51,935 nt of DNA from Candidatus Doudnabacteria bacterium (GTDB taxonomy: Bacteria > Patescibacteriota > Doudnabacteria > UBA920): contig JBBREH010000004.1 of NCBI GenBank assembly GCA_038203095.1, forward strand, positions 1 to 51,935, in the 5' to 3' direction. Position numbers and translations under genes: made by a program. Positions 25,039 through 34,642 of the stretch are shown here, piece by piece. The notes beneath the pieces were generated by a model. That model did not search any database, was not told the DNA's origin, and saw nothing but the letters and a program-made list of their open reading frames with translations. The number at the start of each line of letters is the position of its first letter. The first letter of the stretch is position 1.

Positions 25039-26235
25039 CTATTTAATTAAACGGATAATTTTATTAATAGACTCCTTAAAATTCTGCTTTCCAAATTTTT
25101 TGGCTTGGTTTAGCAAAACGCTTTGTTGATATTTTTCCGGATGCCAATTCAGGATTAGATTTTTGAGTTCGGTTTTGACATTATTGTAATGCAGAGCATC
25201 GCCTTGCTTTACAGGCAGGCCGGGGGCCTGCACTACATTGGTAACAGCATTTCCGCCAAACAATTCTCCGGTTTCACCCGGTACAACTGTCTCCAGAGCT
25301 CCTCCTTGCGCAAAGGCCAGCGTTGCTGTGCCACAAGCCGCGGCTTCGAGCGGCATAAGGCCAAAATCTTCGATTTGCGGGTACAAAAAGCCCAGGGCGC
25401 CACTATACTGCTCGCGCAGTTCAGTATCTGATATACGGCCTAAAAAGCTAATGTTTGGTTTGGCAATCGATTGCAAATATTTTTCCTGGCGGCCGGTGCC
25501 GACAACATGCAGGGGCAAGCCGAGTTCGTTGAATATTTCAATAATCAGTTCGTTTTTTTTATGAGCTTGGAGACGGCCGGCGAGGAGAAAATAGTCGCTT
25601 TTTTCAATACCACCTCCCCCCGCTTCGCGGGGTACTCCTCCTTTAAAAGGAGGAGATGGCTGCACTGGTTTCCAAAACTCCGTATCAACAAACGGATACA
25701 CTACTGTACTAGTACACTCATAATAGGCTTGAATACGATTTTGGACTTCTTGGGAGTTGGCAATAAATTGAGTTACTCTTTGCGAACCTTTGTGGTCCCA
25801 TTTTTTCATCTGAACTAACAACCACTTTACAATCGGTCTAATAATAACCGGAACTTCCTGATTGACATAATTTTCATCTCCCCACAAAAATCTGGTTGGC
25901 GTGTGACAATAATTTACATGCCTGCATTTTTTTGGCACGCGAATATTTTTTATAAACCCCGAGCTGGAAGAAAGCACCACATCATAACCCCTAAAATCAA
26001 GCGACAAAACCGCAAAAGGAATTAACGGCAAAAAATACTGCAGACGCGGAATAAAATTATAAAAAACCTGAAGCCAGGAAGTCCGAATATCCCAACCCTG
26101 GTACTTGTCTTTTAACCGACGATCAAGCACCAAAGTAAAAACCGGTGCATCCGGAAACATTTCGTGGAAAGTATCTACAATTCTTTCCGCGCCGCCTAAT
26201 TGGGTAAAGCTGTCGTGGGCAAGGGCAATTTTCAT
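25039..26235 (-). CDS. Glycosyltransferase family 4 (WbaZ-like)
   Basis: GGAER, YCHTPTR, EDFGLMPLEAAACG; two in-frame repeat insertions (25185-25237, 25609-25660). Confidence 0.93.
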   Translation of the reverse strand: MKIALAHDSFTQLGGAERIVDTFHEMFPDAPVFTLVLDRRLKDKYQGWDIRTSWLQVFYNFIPRLQYFLPLIPFAVLSLDFRGYDVVLSSSSGFIKNIRVPKKCRHVNYCHTPTRFLWGDENYVNQEVPVIIRPIVKWLLVQMKKWDHKGSQRVTQFIANSQEVQNRIQAYYECTSTVVYPFVDTEFWKPVQPSPPFKGGVPREAGGGGIEKSDYFLLAGRLQAHKKNELIIEIFNELGLPLHVVGTGRQEKYLQSIAKPNISFLGRISDTELREQYSGALGFLYPQIEDFGLMPLEAAACGTATLAFAQGGALETVVPGETGELFGGNAVTNVVQAPGLPVKQGDALHYNNVKTELKNLILNWHPEKYQQSVLLNQAKKFGKQNFKESINKIIRLIK

Positions 26236-26249
26236 AAAATGTTATGAGT

Positions 26250-26304
26250 TGTAGCGTGCCCATTTATGGGCGATCCAAGTAAGCCGATAAATCGGCACGC
26301 TACA
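26250..26304. repeat. REP doublet (REPIN-like)
   Basis: TGTAGCGTGCCCATTTATGGGC...GCCGATAAATCGGCACGCTACA. Confidence 0.8.
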
Positions 26305-26327
26305 AGAAACGGTTATCAAATTTCGCT

Positions 26328-27764
26328 CTAATAATTCTGCCTGGACGCTTTTCCAAAAAACAGTAAAAAAAGGCTCTCTCCCAAAACCTTAATATCAAGC
26401 CATAACGACCAATTTTCTATGTAGTAAGTATTCAAACGAATTTCTTCATCAAAGGGCAAATCGGGCCAGGACATTTGCGAAATTTGCGAGACACCAAAAA
26501 TACCGGGCTTTATGCTAAACATCCTCGCATAGCTGTCACGATATCTTTGGACTTCGTCCAGAACATGCGCCCTGGGACCTACCATGCTCATGTCGCCTTT
26601 CAGCACATTCCAGAACTGCGGGATTTCATCCAGCTTGCTACGCCGTAAAAACCTGCCGACTTTAGTGACTCTGGGATCGTCTTTAATTTTTAAAAACGGG
26701 CCGTTAGCCCCACCTCGATCATTTTTTTGCCACAACTGTCTACGTATCTGCTCAGCCTCCTCTCCACCGTACTTCTGCCCAACACTCAAATGACTGTACA
26801 TACTGCGAAACTTATAACACTTAAAATTTTTGCCTCTGCCACGCCTGTCCGCGGAATAAATAAATTTACCTTTTGAATCCAACTTTATAGCAACGCAAAT
26901 AATTAAAAAAATCGGCGCTGTTAAAATTAAACACACCAGACTTGCAGCAATATCCAAAATTCTTTTGCTTACTTTGCCCCAGCCGTCCAAAGGAGTATTT
27001 TTCAGACTAATTAAAGGAATGCCGTTAAGGTTGTCAGTTTCCACAATATTCCTCTGCACCTCGAATAAATTAGGCACAAAGCTAAACTTAAGGCCTTTAT
27101 TACGTGCAAACTGAACCAGTTTCAAATTCATTTCTTCACTTAAATTTGTATTAGCTTGGAGAATTTCGTCGACTAAATTTTGCGAATAAAGTTTCTCTAG
27201 CTGGCTAAAAATTTCCTGAGAATATTCCAGTTCCGCCGTAGCTTTATAACCATGTTTGGGGTTTTTAAAGATCTTCTCAATAATTGCTACAGTCTGAGAA
27301 CTTCCCTTAATAATTACTAATTTATGAAGACCCAGATCGCGGTCAAACAGTAGAATCTGAAATTGTTTTAATATTAACCGTCCAACGGTTACAAAAATAA
27401 TACCCAGACCCCAGGTAGCCAAAATTATAAACCGCGACGGAAAAATACTTTGGTTAAAAAAGAAAAGTAAAATAACCAACAGCAATCCAAGTGAGATCCC
27501 CACAACAATCTTGCCCAATTCATTTGCGAATTTACGTGTGCCTTTTAAATTATATAAACCCAAAATTGCAAAAATCAGAATTAATGCTGGAATAATTTTA
27601 TATACAACCAAAAGGAACTCGTGAACATCCAGCCGGTAAATTATTGGACCTACATAATTAATAGATTTCTCCCTTAAATAAAAGGAAACTATACCTGCGA
27701 ACCCCAATGAAACAGCATCAGTTGGGATGGAAATAAAGTTAAAAATTAGCTCAGTTTTTTTCAT
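26328..27764 (-). CDS. Polyprenyl-phosphate sugar transferase (WcaJ/CpsE-like)
   Basis: N-terminal TM helices; KRILD, YKFRSM, DDPRVT, LDEIPQFWNVLKGDMSMVGPR. Confidence 0.95.
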   Translation of the reverse strand: MKKTELIFNFISIPTDAVSLGFAGIVSFYLREKSINYVGPIIYRLDVHEFLLVVYKIIPALILIFAILGLYNLKGTRKFANELGKIVVGISLGLLLVILLFFFNQSIFPSRFIILATWGLGIIFVTVGRLILKQFQILLFDRDLGLHKLVIIKGSSQTVAIIEKIFKNPKHGYKATAELEYSQEIFSQLEKLYSQNLVDEILQANTNLSEEMNLKLVQFARNKGLKFSFVPNLFEVQRNIVETDNLNGIPLISLKNTPLDGWGKVSKRILDIAASLVCLILTAPIFLIICVAIKLDSKGKFIYSADRRGRGKNFKCYKFRSMYSHLSVGQKYGGEEAEQIRRQLWQKNDRGGANGPFLKIKDDPRVTKVGRFLRRSKLDEIPQFWNVLKGDMSMVGPRAHVLDEVQRYRDSYARMFSIKPGIFGVSQISQMSWPDLPFDEEIRLNTYYIENWSLWLDIKVLGESLFLLFFGKASRQNY

Positions 27765-27860
27765 GAGATCACAGATATAAAAACACAGATTTCACAGATG
27801 CTTCTTTATATCTGTACGATCTGCGCATGTTAAAATCTATACTTATTATACCATTTTACC

Positions 27861-27889
27861 TTGACAAAAACAAGTTATTTTGTTAATAT
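27861..27889 (+). promoter_or_regulatory. rnpB promoter
   Basis: TTGACA-17bp-TAATAT just upstream of the P1 helix. Confidence 0.7.
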
Positions 27890-27895
27890 TTATTG

Positions 27896-28265
27896 GCTTT
27901 AAGCAAACCGAATAATCGCTTCTTAACTATATTGCAAGATTTAGCTAAGGGGAGGAAAGTCCGAACACTTATTTGATAGCCTCTTAAGAGTTATCAAAAC
28001 TGGTAGCGGGTAATTCCCGTCGAGAGTGATCTTAGAGGTGCGAACAGAAACGGCCAATGTCGAAAGACTAGGATGTCCAGCCGGTGGCGGGACAGTCCCC
28101 ATAGTAATATGGGGGTGAAACGGCTAAATCCTTACTTGAGTGCAAGACCAAATTAGGTAGGTTGCTTGACCCGTCTGGCAACAGACGAGGCAGATAGATG
28201 ATTATTAAACCCGTAGCTTTATGCGCCGCGGTAAACAGAATTCGGCTTATGAGTTTGCTTAAAGC
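27896..28265 (+). ncRNA. rnpB: RNase P RNA
   Basis: GAGGAAAGTCCGAAC and AACAGAATTCGGCTTA universal motifs; terminal pairing GCTTTAAGCAAAC/GTTTGCTTAAAGC. Confidence 0.96.
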
Positions 28266-28267
28266 AT

Positions 28268-28301
28268 AAAAAAACACATCGCAAATGCGATGTGTTTTTT
28301 T
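28268..28301. terminator. Bidirectional terminator
   Basis: A-tract-CACATCGC-AAAT-GCGATGTG-T-tract. Confidence 0.85.
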
Positions 28302-28338
28302 ATCTGCGTCATCTGTTCCCTATCTACGTATTTGCAGT

Positions 28339-29127
28339 CTACTTTATTTCAAAAACCACAGTCATCGTTTCGCTAATTTCCTGGCTACCAGGTTGGATGT
28401 CCGGAGCCACTGATTTATCCATAGCGCCACCACCCTGTCCCATAGCCGCTGTTGGGGCATACATAATCGGCCCGGGGTAGCCGCCCGATTCCGAGAGGCT
28501 AACTACTTTTCCTAAATTTAAACCTGCTGCGTCTGCCAATTCCTGCGCTTTTTTCTTAGCATCTTCTATGGCCAGTTTACGCGCCTGGTTTTGCAAATCA
28601 CCCGGCTTTTCCACACTTAAATTGGCTCCATCAACCTGATTGGCTCCGTTATTAACTGATCCGTCTAAAATTTTATTTAATTGGTCTTGAGACTTGTCTA
28701 TGCCTCTAACCTTAACGGTCACGTTTTGATTGCCTTGATATCCCGTAATTTTTGGTGTGCCGCCTGTATAACTCTGCATGGGATAAAAATTGAACTGTGA
28801 AGTAGTAATATCCTTGGCGTCAATGCCTTGTGCTTTAATAAAATTTATGACCTTATTTACCTTGTCGTTATTTTGATTCTTAACTTCTACAGCCGTGGCG
28901 CCTTGTGAAAGCACGCCAATATTAACCGTAGCCAAATTTGGTATGGCCGAAACCTTGCCCTCACCAGTGACGGATATCGTGTTGGCGGGTTTTTGATTAC
29001 GAAAAGTCGTACGTAAGTCATTTACTTTTTGAATCACCAGCAAAGCCAGAAAAACAATTAATACGCCACCTAAATAACTAATAACCCACTTTGGAACATT
29101 GCCGTGAGGCACATTGTTGATTTCCAT
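28339..29127 (-). CDS. SIMPL domain (DUF541) protein
   Basis: TM anchor, TISVTGEGKVSAIP, ARKLAIEDAKKKAQELA...LGKV, IQPGSQEI. Confidence 0.92.
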   Translation of the reverse strand: MEINNVPHGNVPKWVISYLGGVLIVFLALLVIQKVNDLRTTFRNQKPANTISVTGEGKVSAIPNLATVNIGVLSQGATAVEVKNQNNDKVNKVINFIKAQGIDAKDITTSQFNFYPMQSYTGGTPKITGYQGNQNVTVKVRGIDKSQDQLNKILDGSVNNGANQVDGANLSVEKPGDLQNQARKLAIEDAKKKAQELADAAGLNLGKVVSLSESGGYPGPIMYAPTAAMGQGGGAMDKSVAPDIQPGSQEISETMTVVFEIK

Positions 29128-29236
29128 ATTTTTATTTCTTTATTAATAATTCTCTTATATAAGTATAATACATAATCGACTAAAATGTTACAAGTGCAAA
29201 AAAATCGCCCGTTAATGGGCAATTCTTGTGTTTATT

Positions 29237-29488
29237 TTAGTGCTTAGACTCAATTTTTAATGCCGGAGAGGCTTTGTCTACCTAATTTTCAAGATCCTTA
29301 GTTCGACGATTCTAGACAACGAATTCTTGTTCTTTAGTCTTTTTATCTAACGAGAGATTATCAACAGAGGTTTGCAAAGTGTTTAGGCTCTTTTTTACTT
29401 CTTTAATATCATCCTTGGTCGCAAAAACATCCTTAAATACCTCTACTTGATATTTGATAAGTTTTTTCATTTCCTCTGTGGTTAACAT
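29237..29488 (-). pseudogene. Pseudogene of a small ATKxD coiled-coil protein
   Basis: MLTTEEMKKL...VFATKDDI...QEFVV*NRRTKDLEN*VDKA...; in-frame TAG at 29312-29314 and 29282-29284; resembles 7530-7778. Confidence 0.65.
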
Positions 29489-29586
29489 AAATTTAGTTTT
29501 ATTACTAAATAAGCTTAACCCCTAACATATTTTAGTCTACAACGGTTATCGTAACTATTTACCTTTCCCCAAAAGCATTGATATGG

Positions 29587-29640
29587 CGTAGCACGTCCGT
29601 AATCGGTCTACCAAGATCGCCCATAAATGGGCATACTACA
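29587..29640. repeat. REP doublet (REPIN-like), degenerate
   Basis: CGTAGCACGTCCG...GCCCATAAATGGGCATACTACA. Confidence 0.65.
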
Positions 29641-29723
29641 GGCAACAATCGGAAAAAGGTGAATTATTGTTGGTTGTCCACTTAATTAGAGCCTGATTGC
29701 TCTAACTCTAAAGGTGAAAACTG

Positions 29724-29754
29724 AAAAAAAGCCGCCCATAATTGGACGGCTTTT
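29724..29754 (-). terminator. Terminator of the ribosomal protein operon
   Basis: AAAAGCCGTCC-loop-GGGCGGCTTTTTTT on the minus strand after rpsI. Confidence 0.75.
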
Positions 29755-29769
29755 GGAATATCAATTGAA

Positions 29770-30342
29770 TTAACGCTTCGCCCACTGTGGGCTTCTGCGG
29801 GCTCTTTTTAACCCTGGTTTCTTGCGTTCTTTTTTGCGGTCATCACGAGTAAGGAACCCGTTCTTTTTTAAAACTACTCTGACTTCTTCGGAAAGCTTGC
29901 CTAAAGCAATGGCAATGCCATGGCGAAGCGCCGTAGCTTGGGCGTGCGGACCACCGCCGTTAATGTGCGCGGTAAAGTAATGCTTGCCGGACAAACCGGT
30001 GACTTCAAAGGGTTTTAAAATTTCATCCAAATGAAAGCTGTAGCCAAAAAATTGACCGATGGGCTTTTTATTTACCACCATTTCTCCTGCTCCTTCAAAC
30101 ATTCTCACATTGGCAATAGCGGTTTTTCTACGACCAGTGGCAAAAATATATCTACCCTTTTCCTCCGCCGGCTTAACCGCTTCTTTTTCTTTGTGCACGG
30201 CTTTAGGTTCGTGGACTATAGCAACTTTTGGCTCTTCTAAATTGGCTTCCATCTTTTTGTGGACAACCGTTTTTTTAGGAGCCGCCGGGGCTTTGGATTT
30301 TTTCGGCGCTTTTTCAGTTTTTACTGCTGGCTTAGTTACCAT
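29770..30342 (-). CDS. rpsI: 30S ribosomal protein S9 with N-terminal extension
   Basis: TGRRKTAIA, GFLTRDDRKKERKKPGLKRARRSPQWAKR. Confidence 0.97.
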   Translation of the reverse strand: MVTKPAVKTEKAPKKSKAPAAPKKTVVHKKMEANLEEPKVAIVHEPKAVHKEKEAVKPAEEKGRYIFATGRRKTAIANVRMFEGAGEMVVNKKPIGQFFGYSFHLDEILKPFEVTGLSGKHYFTAHINGGGPHAQATALRHGIAIALGKLSEEVRVVLKKNGFLTRDDRKKERKKPGLKRARRSPQWAKR

Positions 30343-30361
30343 ATATTCAAACTTGATTGAT

Positions 30362-30778
30362 TTATTTAACGTCTATCTTAAAATCATGTTTATTGTCTTT
30401 GACTATTTTTAAACGCGCCATAATTTTCTTGCGGAATTTAATGTCGTCTATCATACTAAAGACTGCTTTTTTTAAAACTTCTTCCGGGTTTTTTTCAATT
30501 AAATCCTTAAGAGCAACTTCTTTGATACCGCCCAGATAACCGGAGTGATGAAAATATTTTTTTTGAGCAATTTTCCGACCTGAAAGCTTAAGCATGCCGG
30601 CATTAATGGCAACAACATAGTCACCCATATCAACGTGGGGAATAAAATCCCGCTTGTGCTTACCACGTAGCAAATTAGCAATTTCAGAGGCGGCCCTACC
30701 AAGAGCTTGTTTAGAAACATCTATTTGATGCCATTTACGCACGACTTTGGCCGGCAATGTTGAACTTTGAGATTTCAT
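30362..30778 (-). CDS. rplM: 50S ribosomal protein L13
   Basis: WHQID, LGRAASEIANLLRGKHK, PHVDMGDYVV, HSGYLGG. Confidence 0.97.
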   Translation of the reverse strand: MKSQSSTLPAKVVRKWHQIDVSKQALGRAASEIANLLRGKHKRDFIPHVDMGDYVVAINAGMLKLSGRKIAQKKYFHHSGYLGGIKEVALKDLIEKNPEEVLKKAVFSMIDDIKFRKKIMARLKIVKDNKHDFKIDVK

Positions 30779-30878
30779 AGTCTGATTTAAAAGAATTAAA
30801 TGATTTAAATGATTGCCAAAATTAGACTGTAATAAATTCTTGTCAATCTTTTAAATGCTGTCAATCTTGTTAATTATT

Positions 30879-31223
30879 TTATTCCACAAATTCTAACAAT
30901 ACTTTTGATGCACCGGCTCCGGGATTATTCAACTTAGTTAAGCGAGTATAACCGCCTTTACGCTCTAAGTATTTAGGACCCAAAACTTCCAACGCTTTTT
31001 TTGCTGCCATTGGAGTAAGTCTAGAAAGCAGCAACCTATTGGTATGAAGCGAGTTGACTTTGGAAAGCGTAACGGCTTTTTCAACATAGGGCTTTACAGC
31101 TCGCGCGTTAGCAAAGCTGGTCTGAATTTTCTCATACAAAATCATGGATGAAGCCAAAGTCCTTAGAAGTTTTCTTCTGTGATCCATACCCTTGCCGAAT
31201 TTTTTTGCTTTTTTATGGCGCAT
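30879..31223 (-). CDS. rplQ: 50S ribosomal protein L17
   Basis: MRHKK..KFG...HRRKLLRTLA, YLERKGGYTR. Confidence 0.96.
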   Translation of the reverse strand: MRHKKAKKFGKGMDHRRKLLRTLASSMILYEKIQTSFANARAVKPYVEKAVTLSKVNSLHTNRLLLSRLTPMAAKKALEVLGPKYLERKGGYTRLTKLNNPGAGASKVLLEFVE

Positions 31224-31294
31224 ATTGTTTATTACATCCAACCTTTAACATGTTACATTTTCACTGCCAAAGGTAATTGTTAAATACTTTCTGA

Positions 31295-32233
31295 CTACCT
31301 TCCAAGGAACTCAAGAATTTCTTTAATTGTTTTATCTCCCAAGCCGCTTAAATTAGAGATCTCTTCACTACTTAAGGCTTGCAAGGCGGTCATTGAATTA
31401 ATACTGTTTTTTTGCAAAGCATTTTTGGCTCGTGTCGATAGCGTGGAAGCCTCAATCTCACTTTCACCAGAACTTTGCCCTGCCGACAACAGCTCTTCAT
31501 CTTGGGTCGAAGGCTCAATTTCTACTACAGGAGCTACAGGCTTGTCGTAATCACTGTTGAACATCATAGTAAAATGGTCTACTAAAATATTGGCGGCAAT
31601 ATCTGTAGTTTCTTGGCCTGTAATGGATCCGTCAGTTTCCATAATTAATTCCAAGCGGTCAAAGTTGGTCAGCTGGCCAACGCGCACGTTAGAAACATCA
31701 AAATGGACAGACTTAACCGGAGTATAAATAGCGTCGATCGCAATCACTCCAACTTCCTGTTTGTGGTTCTCCCGAGCCTCAACCGGCACATATCCCCTGC
31801 CTTGCTCAACTGTTAATTCCATATCAAGCTCTGAAGATTTATTATCGAGCGTGGCGATATGCATGTCTTTATTTATAACCTGTACTTGATCAGTTTCTTT
31901 AATATCAGCCGCGGTCACAACTTTTTCCCCCTTAACTTTAATGCTGACTTTTACCGGCTCAGAGCTAAAGCTTTTCAGCCTTAACAGTTTAAGGTTTAAA
32001 ATAATTTGAATTACATCTTCTTTAACATTCGGGATGGTAGAAAACTCATGATCAACAAACTTAATTTTAACCGAAGTCACAGCCGCCCCGGGCATGGAAG
32101 ACAACAAAACTCTGCGCATGGCATTACCAATAGTAACTCCATAGCCGGGATAAAGAGGCTCGAGAACCAAGCTATATTTATTATTGCCCAAGTCTTGGGC
32201 TTTAATGTGATTTGGTAATGGGATGGCTTGCAT
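31295..32233 (-). CDS. rpoA: RNA polymerase alpha subunit
   Basis: LEPLYPGYGVTIGNAMRRVLLSS, HEFSTIPNVKED, GRGYVP. Confidence 0.98.
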   Translation of the reverse strand: MQAIPLPNHIKAQDLGNNKYSLVLEPLYPGYGVTIGNAMRRVLLSSMPGAAVTSVKIKFVDHEFSTIPNVKEDVIQIILNLKLLRLKSFSSEPVKVSIKVKGEKVVTAADIKETDQVQVINKDMHIATLDNKSSELDMELTVEQGRGYVPVEARENHKQEVGVIAIDAIYTPVKSVHFDVSNVRVGQLTNFDRLELIMETDGSITGQETTDIAANILVDHFTMMFNSDYDKPVAPVVEIEPSTQDEELLSAGQSSGESEIEASTLSTRAKNALQKNSINSMTALQALSSEEISNLSGLGDKTIKEILEFLGR

Positions 32234-32342
32234 ATAATTTGGAATCTTTGACCTTAGACATTTTATATTTTCCGTCGGAGACGGATCCGCCTCTGGCGGA
32301 AACTGTCAAAGGTTAATTGTTAAATGTTAAATATTTTTATTT

Positions 32343-32951
32343 TTATGTTCTGCTATAATGTTCTACAATCAGCTGGGTGTTAATTTCATTACTTACAGAT
32401 TCAACTTCAGGAATACTTAGAACTTTGCCCGAAAGCTGGTCTGAACTTAAAGCTAGCCAATCAGGAGTTTTGTAAGTTTTCATTTTATCCTTTAGTTTTT
32501 CCACATACATTTTCTTCTGCTTTACCGGTCTAAAACCTATTGTGTCTCCAACTTTCACGCTGAAAGAAGCAATGTCAACTTTCTTATTGTTGACCTGAAA
32601 AAATCCATGATTAACTAATTGCCTGGCTTGAGCTCTGGTTTCAGCAAAACCTAATCTAAAAACAATGTTGTCCAGCCTAGATTCCAATAGTTTGAGTAAA
32701 TTTTGACCGGTAACACCGGTTTGCTTCAAAGCTTTCTTAAAATAAATTTCAAATTGGCGCTCCATTACCCCATAGGAAATTTTTGCCTTTTGCTTTTCTC
32801 TTAGCTGGGTACCATATTCACTAAGCCTGACGCGGTTTTGAGCGTGAACACCCGGAGGTCCCGGGCGACGTTTCATAACTTTAGCATCTTTAGCAGTGAA
32901 TGCCATGCCTAGTCTTCTGGCTTTTTTAGCTTTTGGTCCTGTATATCTCAT
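32343..32951 (-). CDS. rpsD: 30S ribosomal protein S4
   Basis: RYTGPK, SEYGTQLREKQK, LESRLDNIVFRLGF. Confidence 0.98.
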   Translation of the reverse strand: MRYTGPKAKKARRLGMAFTAKDAKVMKRRPGPPGVHAQNRVRLSEYGTQLREKQKAKISYGVMERQFEIYFKKALKQTGVTGQNLLKLLESRLDNIVFRLGFAETRAQARQLVNHGFFQVNNKKVDIASFSVKVGDTIGFRPVKQKKMYVEKLKDKMKTYKTPDWLALSSDQLSGKVLSIPEVESVSNEINTQLIVEHYSRT

Positions 32952-33055
32952 AGTTTAATTTAAATGATTGATCAAGATTGACATGATTGACAAGAATCAA
33001 AGCAGTTATTCTTGTTTGCTCATTCTTTTAATTCTTTTAAATCTTGTCAATTACT

Positions 33056-33517
33056 TTACACTCTCCTTGGTTTCTTTTGCCTGACACCACCGTGAGGCGT
33101 TGGAGTCATATCTTTAATCGATAAAATATTTAAATTACTACCCTGGAGTGCTCTTACTGCCGATTCTCTGCCTGAACCAATCCCTTTAATTTGCACATCA
33201 ATTTCATTTAAGCCTCGTTCTTTTAACCTGGCCAAGACATCTTCCATAGTTCTCTGGCCCGCATAAGGTGTCGATTTTTTTGAGCCTTTAAAACCAATTT
33301 TTCCTGCGCTACTCCAAATTAAAACGTTTCCGGCTAAATCTGTGGCGCAAACTATTGTATTGTTGTAAGTAGAATTTATATAAATCTTTCCTTTAGTAAT
33401 TTTAGCTTTAGATTTCTTTTTCTTGCCAGCCTTTATTTTTGCCGCAACGTCAACTACCGCATCTTTAATAGATGCTTCTGTTGTAGATTGCTTTTCGCTT
33501 GTAGTTGTTTCTTCCAT
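33056..33517 (-). CDS. rpsK: 30S ribosomal protein S11
   Basis: STYNNTIV, GFKGSKKSTPYA, GSGRESA, PTPHGG. Confidence 0.98.
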   Translation of the reverse strand: MEETTTSEKQSTTEASIKDAVVDVAAKIKAGKKKKSKAKITKGKIYINSTYNNTIVCATDLAGNVLIWSSAGKIGFKGSKKSTPYAGQRTMEDVLARLKERGLNEIDVQIKGIGSGRESAVRALQGSNLNILSIKDMTPTPHGGVRQKKPRRV

Positions 33518-33599
33518 AAATCACTAATTGACTCTAATAATTACTAATGGGCACGGATTCGTGTTAATCCGTTGCAGTTTCCGTATTTATCTGTCTTGT

Positions 33600-33989
33600 T
33601 TAGGTTTTCTCTGATGCGTTCTTTCTACCGCTACCGGCAGTTTTACGGACATTGCCACGGCGAGTGCGCGAGTTAGTCTTGGTTCTTTGTCCCCTTACAG
33701 GTAACCCTCTAATATGGCGAATGCCTCGGTAACTTTGAATTTCTTTCAAACGTTTAATATTAAGCAACACTTGTTGTCTTAATTCGCCTTCCACTTTGAA
33801 GCTTTTTTCAATATACTCTCTAATTCGATTTAGCTCAGGCTCTGATAAATCTTTTGTCCGCTTATTTGGATCAACGTTGGTTGCGGCCAGAATTTTTTTT
33901 GACAGTGTTAAACCAACGCCAAAAATATAGGGCAAAGCCGCTTCAATTCTTTTTTCACTGGGAATATTAACACCTGCGATACGAGCCAT
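33600..33989 (-). CDS. rpsM: 30S ribosomal protein S13
   Basis: [31 protein letters not shown]. Confidence 0.98.
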   Translation of the reverse strand: MARIAGVNIPSEKRIEAALPYIFGVGLTLSKKILAATNVDPNKRTKDLSEPELNRIREYIEKSFKVEGELRQQVLLNIKRLKEIQSYRGIRHIRGLPVRGQRTKTNSRTRRGNVRKTAGSGRKNASEKT

Positions 33990-34075
33990 ATTAGAAAATC
34001 TTTTAGCTTTAATCTTTGATCCTTAACATATTAGGCTTTTGCCGTTAAGGATTAACGATAAAGGATTAAGGATAA

Positions 34076-34189
34076 TTAACCCTGTCTTTGCTTATGTTTG
34101 GGGGTTTCGCAAATAACATAAATCCTGCCAAATCGTCTTACGATTTTGCATTTCTTGCACATAGGTTTTACTGAAGCTCTGACTTTCAT
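34076..34189 (-). CDS. rpmJ: 50S ribosomal protein L36 (not in the ORF track)
   Basis: [37 protein letters not shown]. Confidence 0.97.
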   Translation of the reverse strand: MKVRASVKPMCKKCKIVRRFGRIYVICETPKHKQRQG

Positions 34190-34279
34190 AGGTTGATTTA
34201 AATAATTTAAATAATTGACATCAATAAACTGCAATAATTCTTGTCATTCTTTTAAATCGTGTCAATCTTGTCAATTCAC

Positions 34280-34528
34280 TTACCTCATTCTCCTGGTTAT
34301 CCTGCCCTTGCTCAAGTCGTAAGGGGTCATTTCTATTACTACGCGATCTCCGGGCATTACCTTTATCATGTTCACGCGCATCTTACCGGCCAAGTGGCCA
34401 ATTACCGTTTGCCCCGAATCGAGTTGGACACGAAAAATAGCATTAGGCAAATTCTCTGTAACTTTGCCCTCAAGTTCAATCACATCTTTTTTACCAGACT
34501 GCCCAGAGTCTTGATTACTGAAATTCAA
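34280..34528 (-). CDS. infA: Translation initiation factor IF-1
   Basis: [39 protein letters not shown]. Confidence 0.97.
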   Translation of the reverse strand: MNFSNQDSGQSGKKDVIELEGKVTENLPNAIFRVQLDSGQTVIGHLAGKMRVNMIKVMPGDRVVIEMTPYDLSKGRITRRMR

Positions 34529-34642
34529 AGTGTTTACCTAAAATAAATTATCTTTCGCTATTTTAACACTTCCCTTATTTTCTGTCAACAAAAGATTAGA
34601 CTCTTTTTCATGGGTGCAAAAATAGCCTATAAATAAGAGGTT

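Noticed and set aside
25705-25716. Fifth TGTACTAGTACA box
   Set aside because: It lies mid-CDS in a glycosyltransferase with no nearby promoter and lacks the extended flanks; probably chance.
28068-28277. 69-aa ORF
   Set aside because: Antisense to the RNase P RNA.
11489-29314. All three in-frame stops in the two pseudogenes are TAG, suggesting amber recoding
   Set aside because: Intact genes such as pepN, secA, rpoA and alaS end in TAG, and the stops appear to replace different residues (Gln, Trp, possibly Leu), each reachable by a single mutation.
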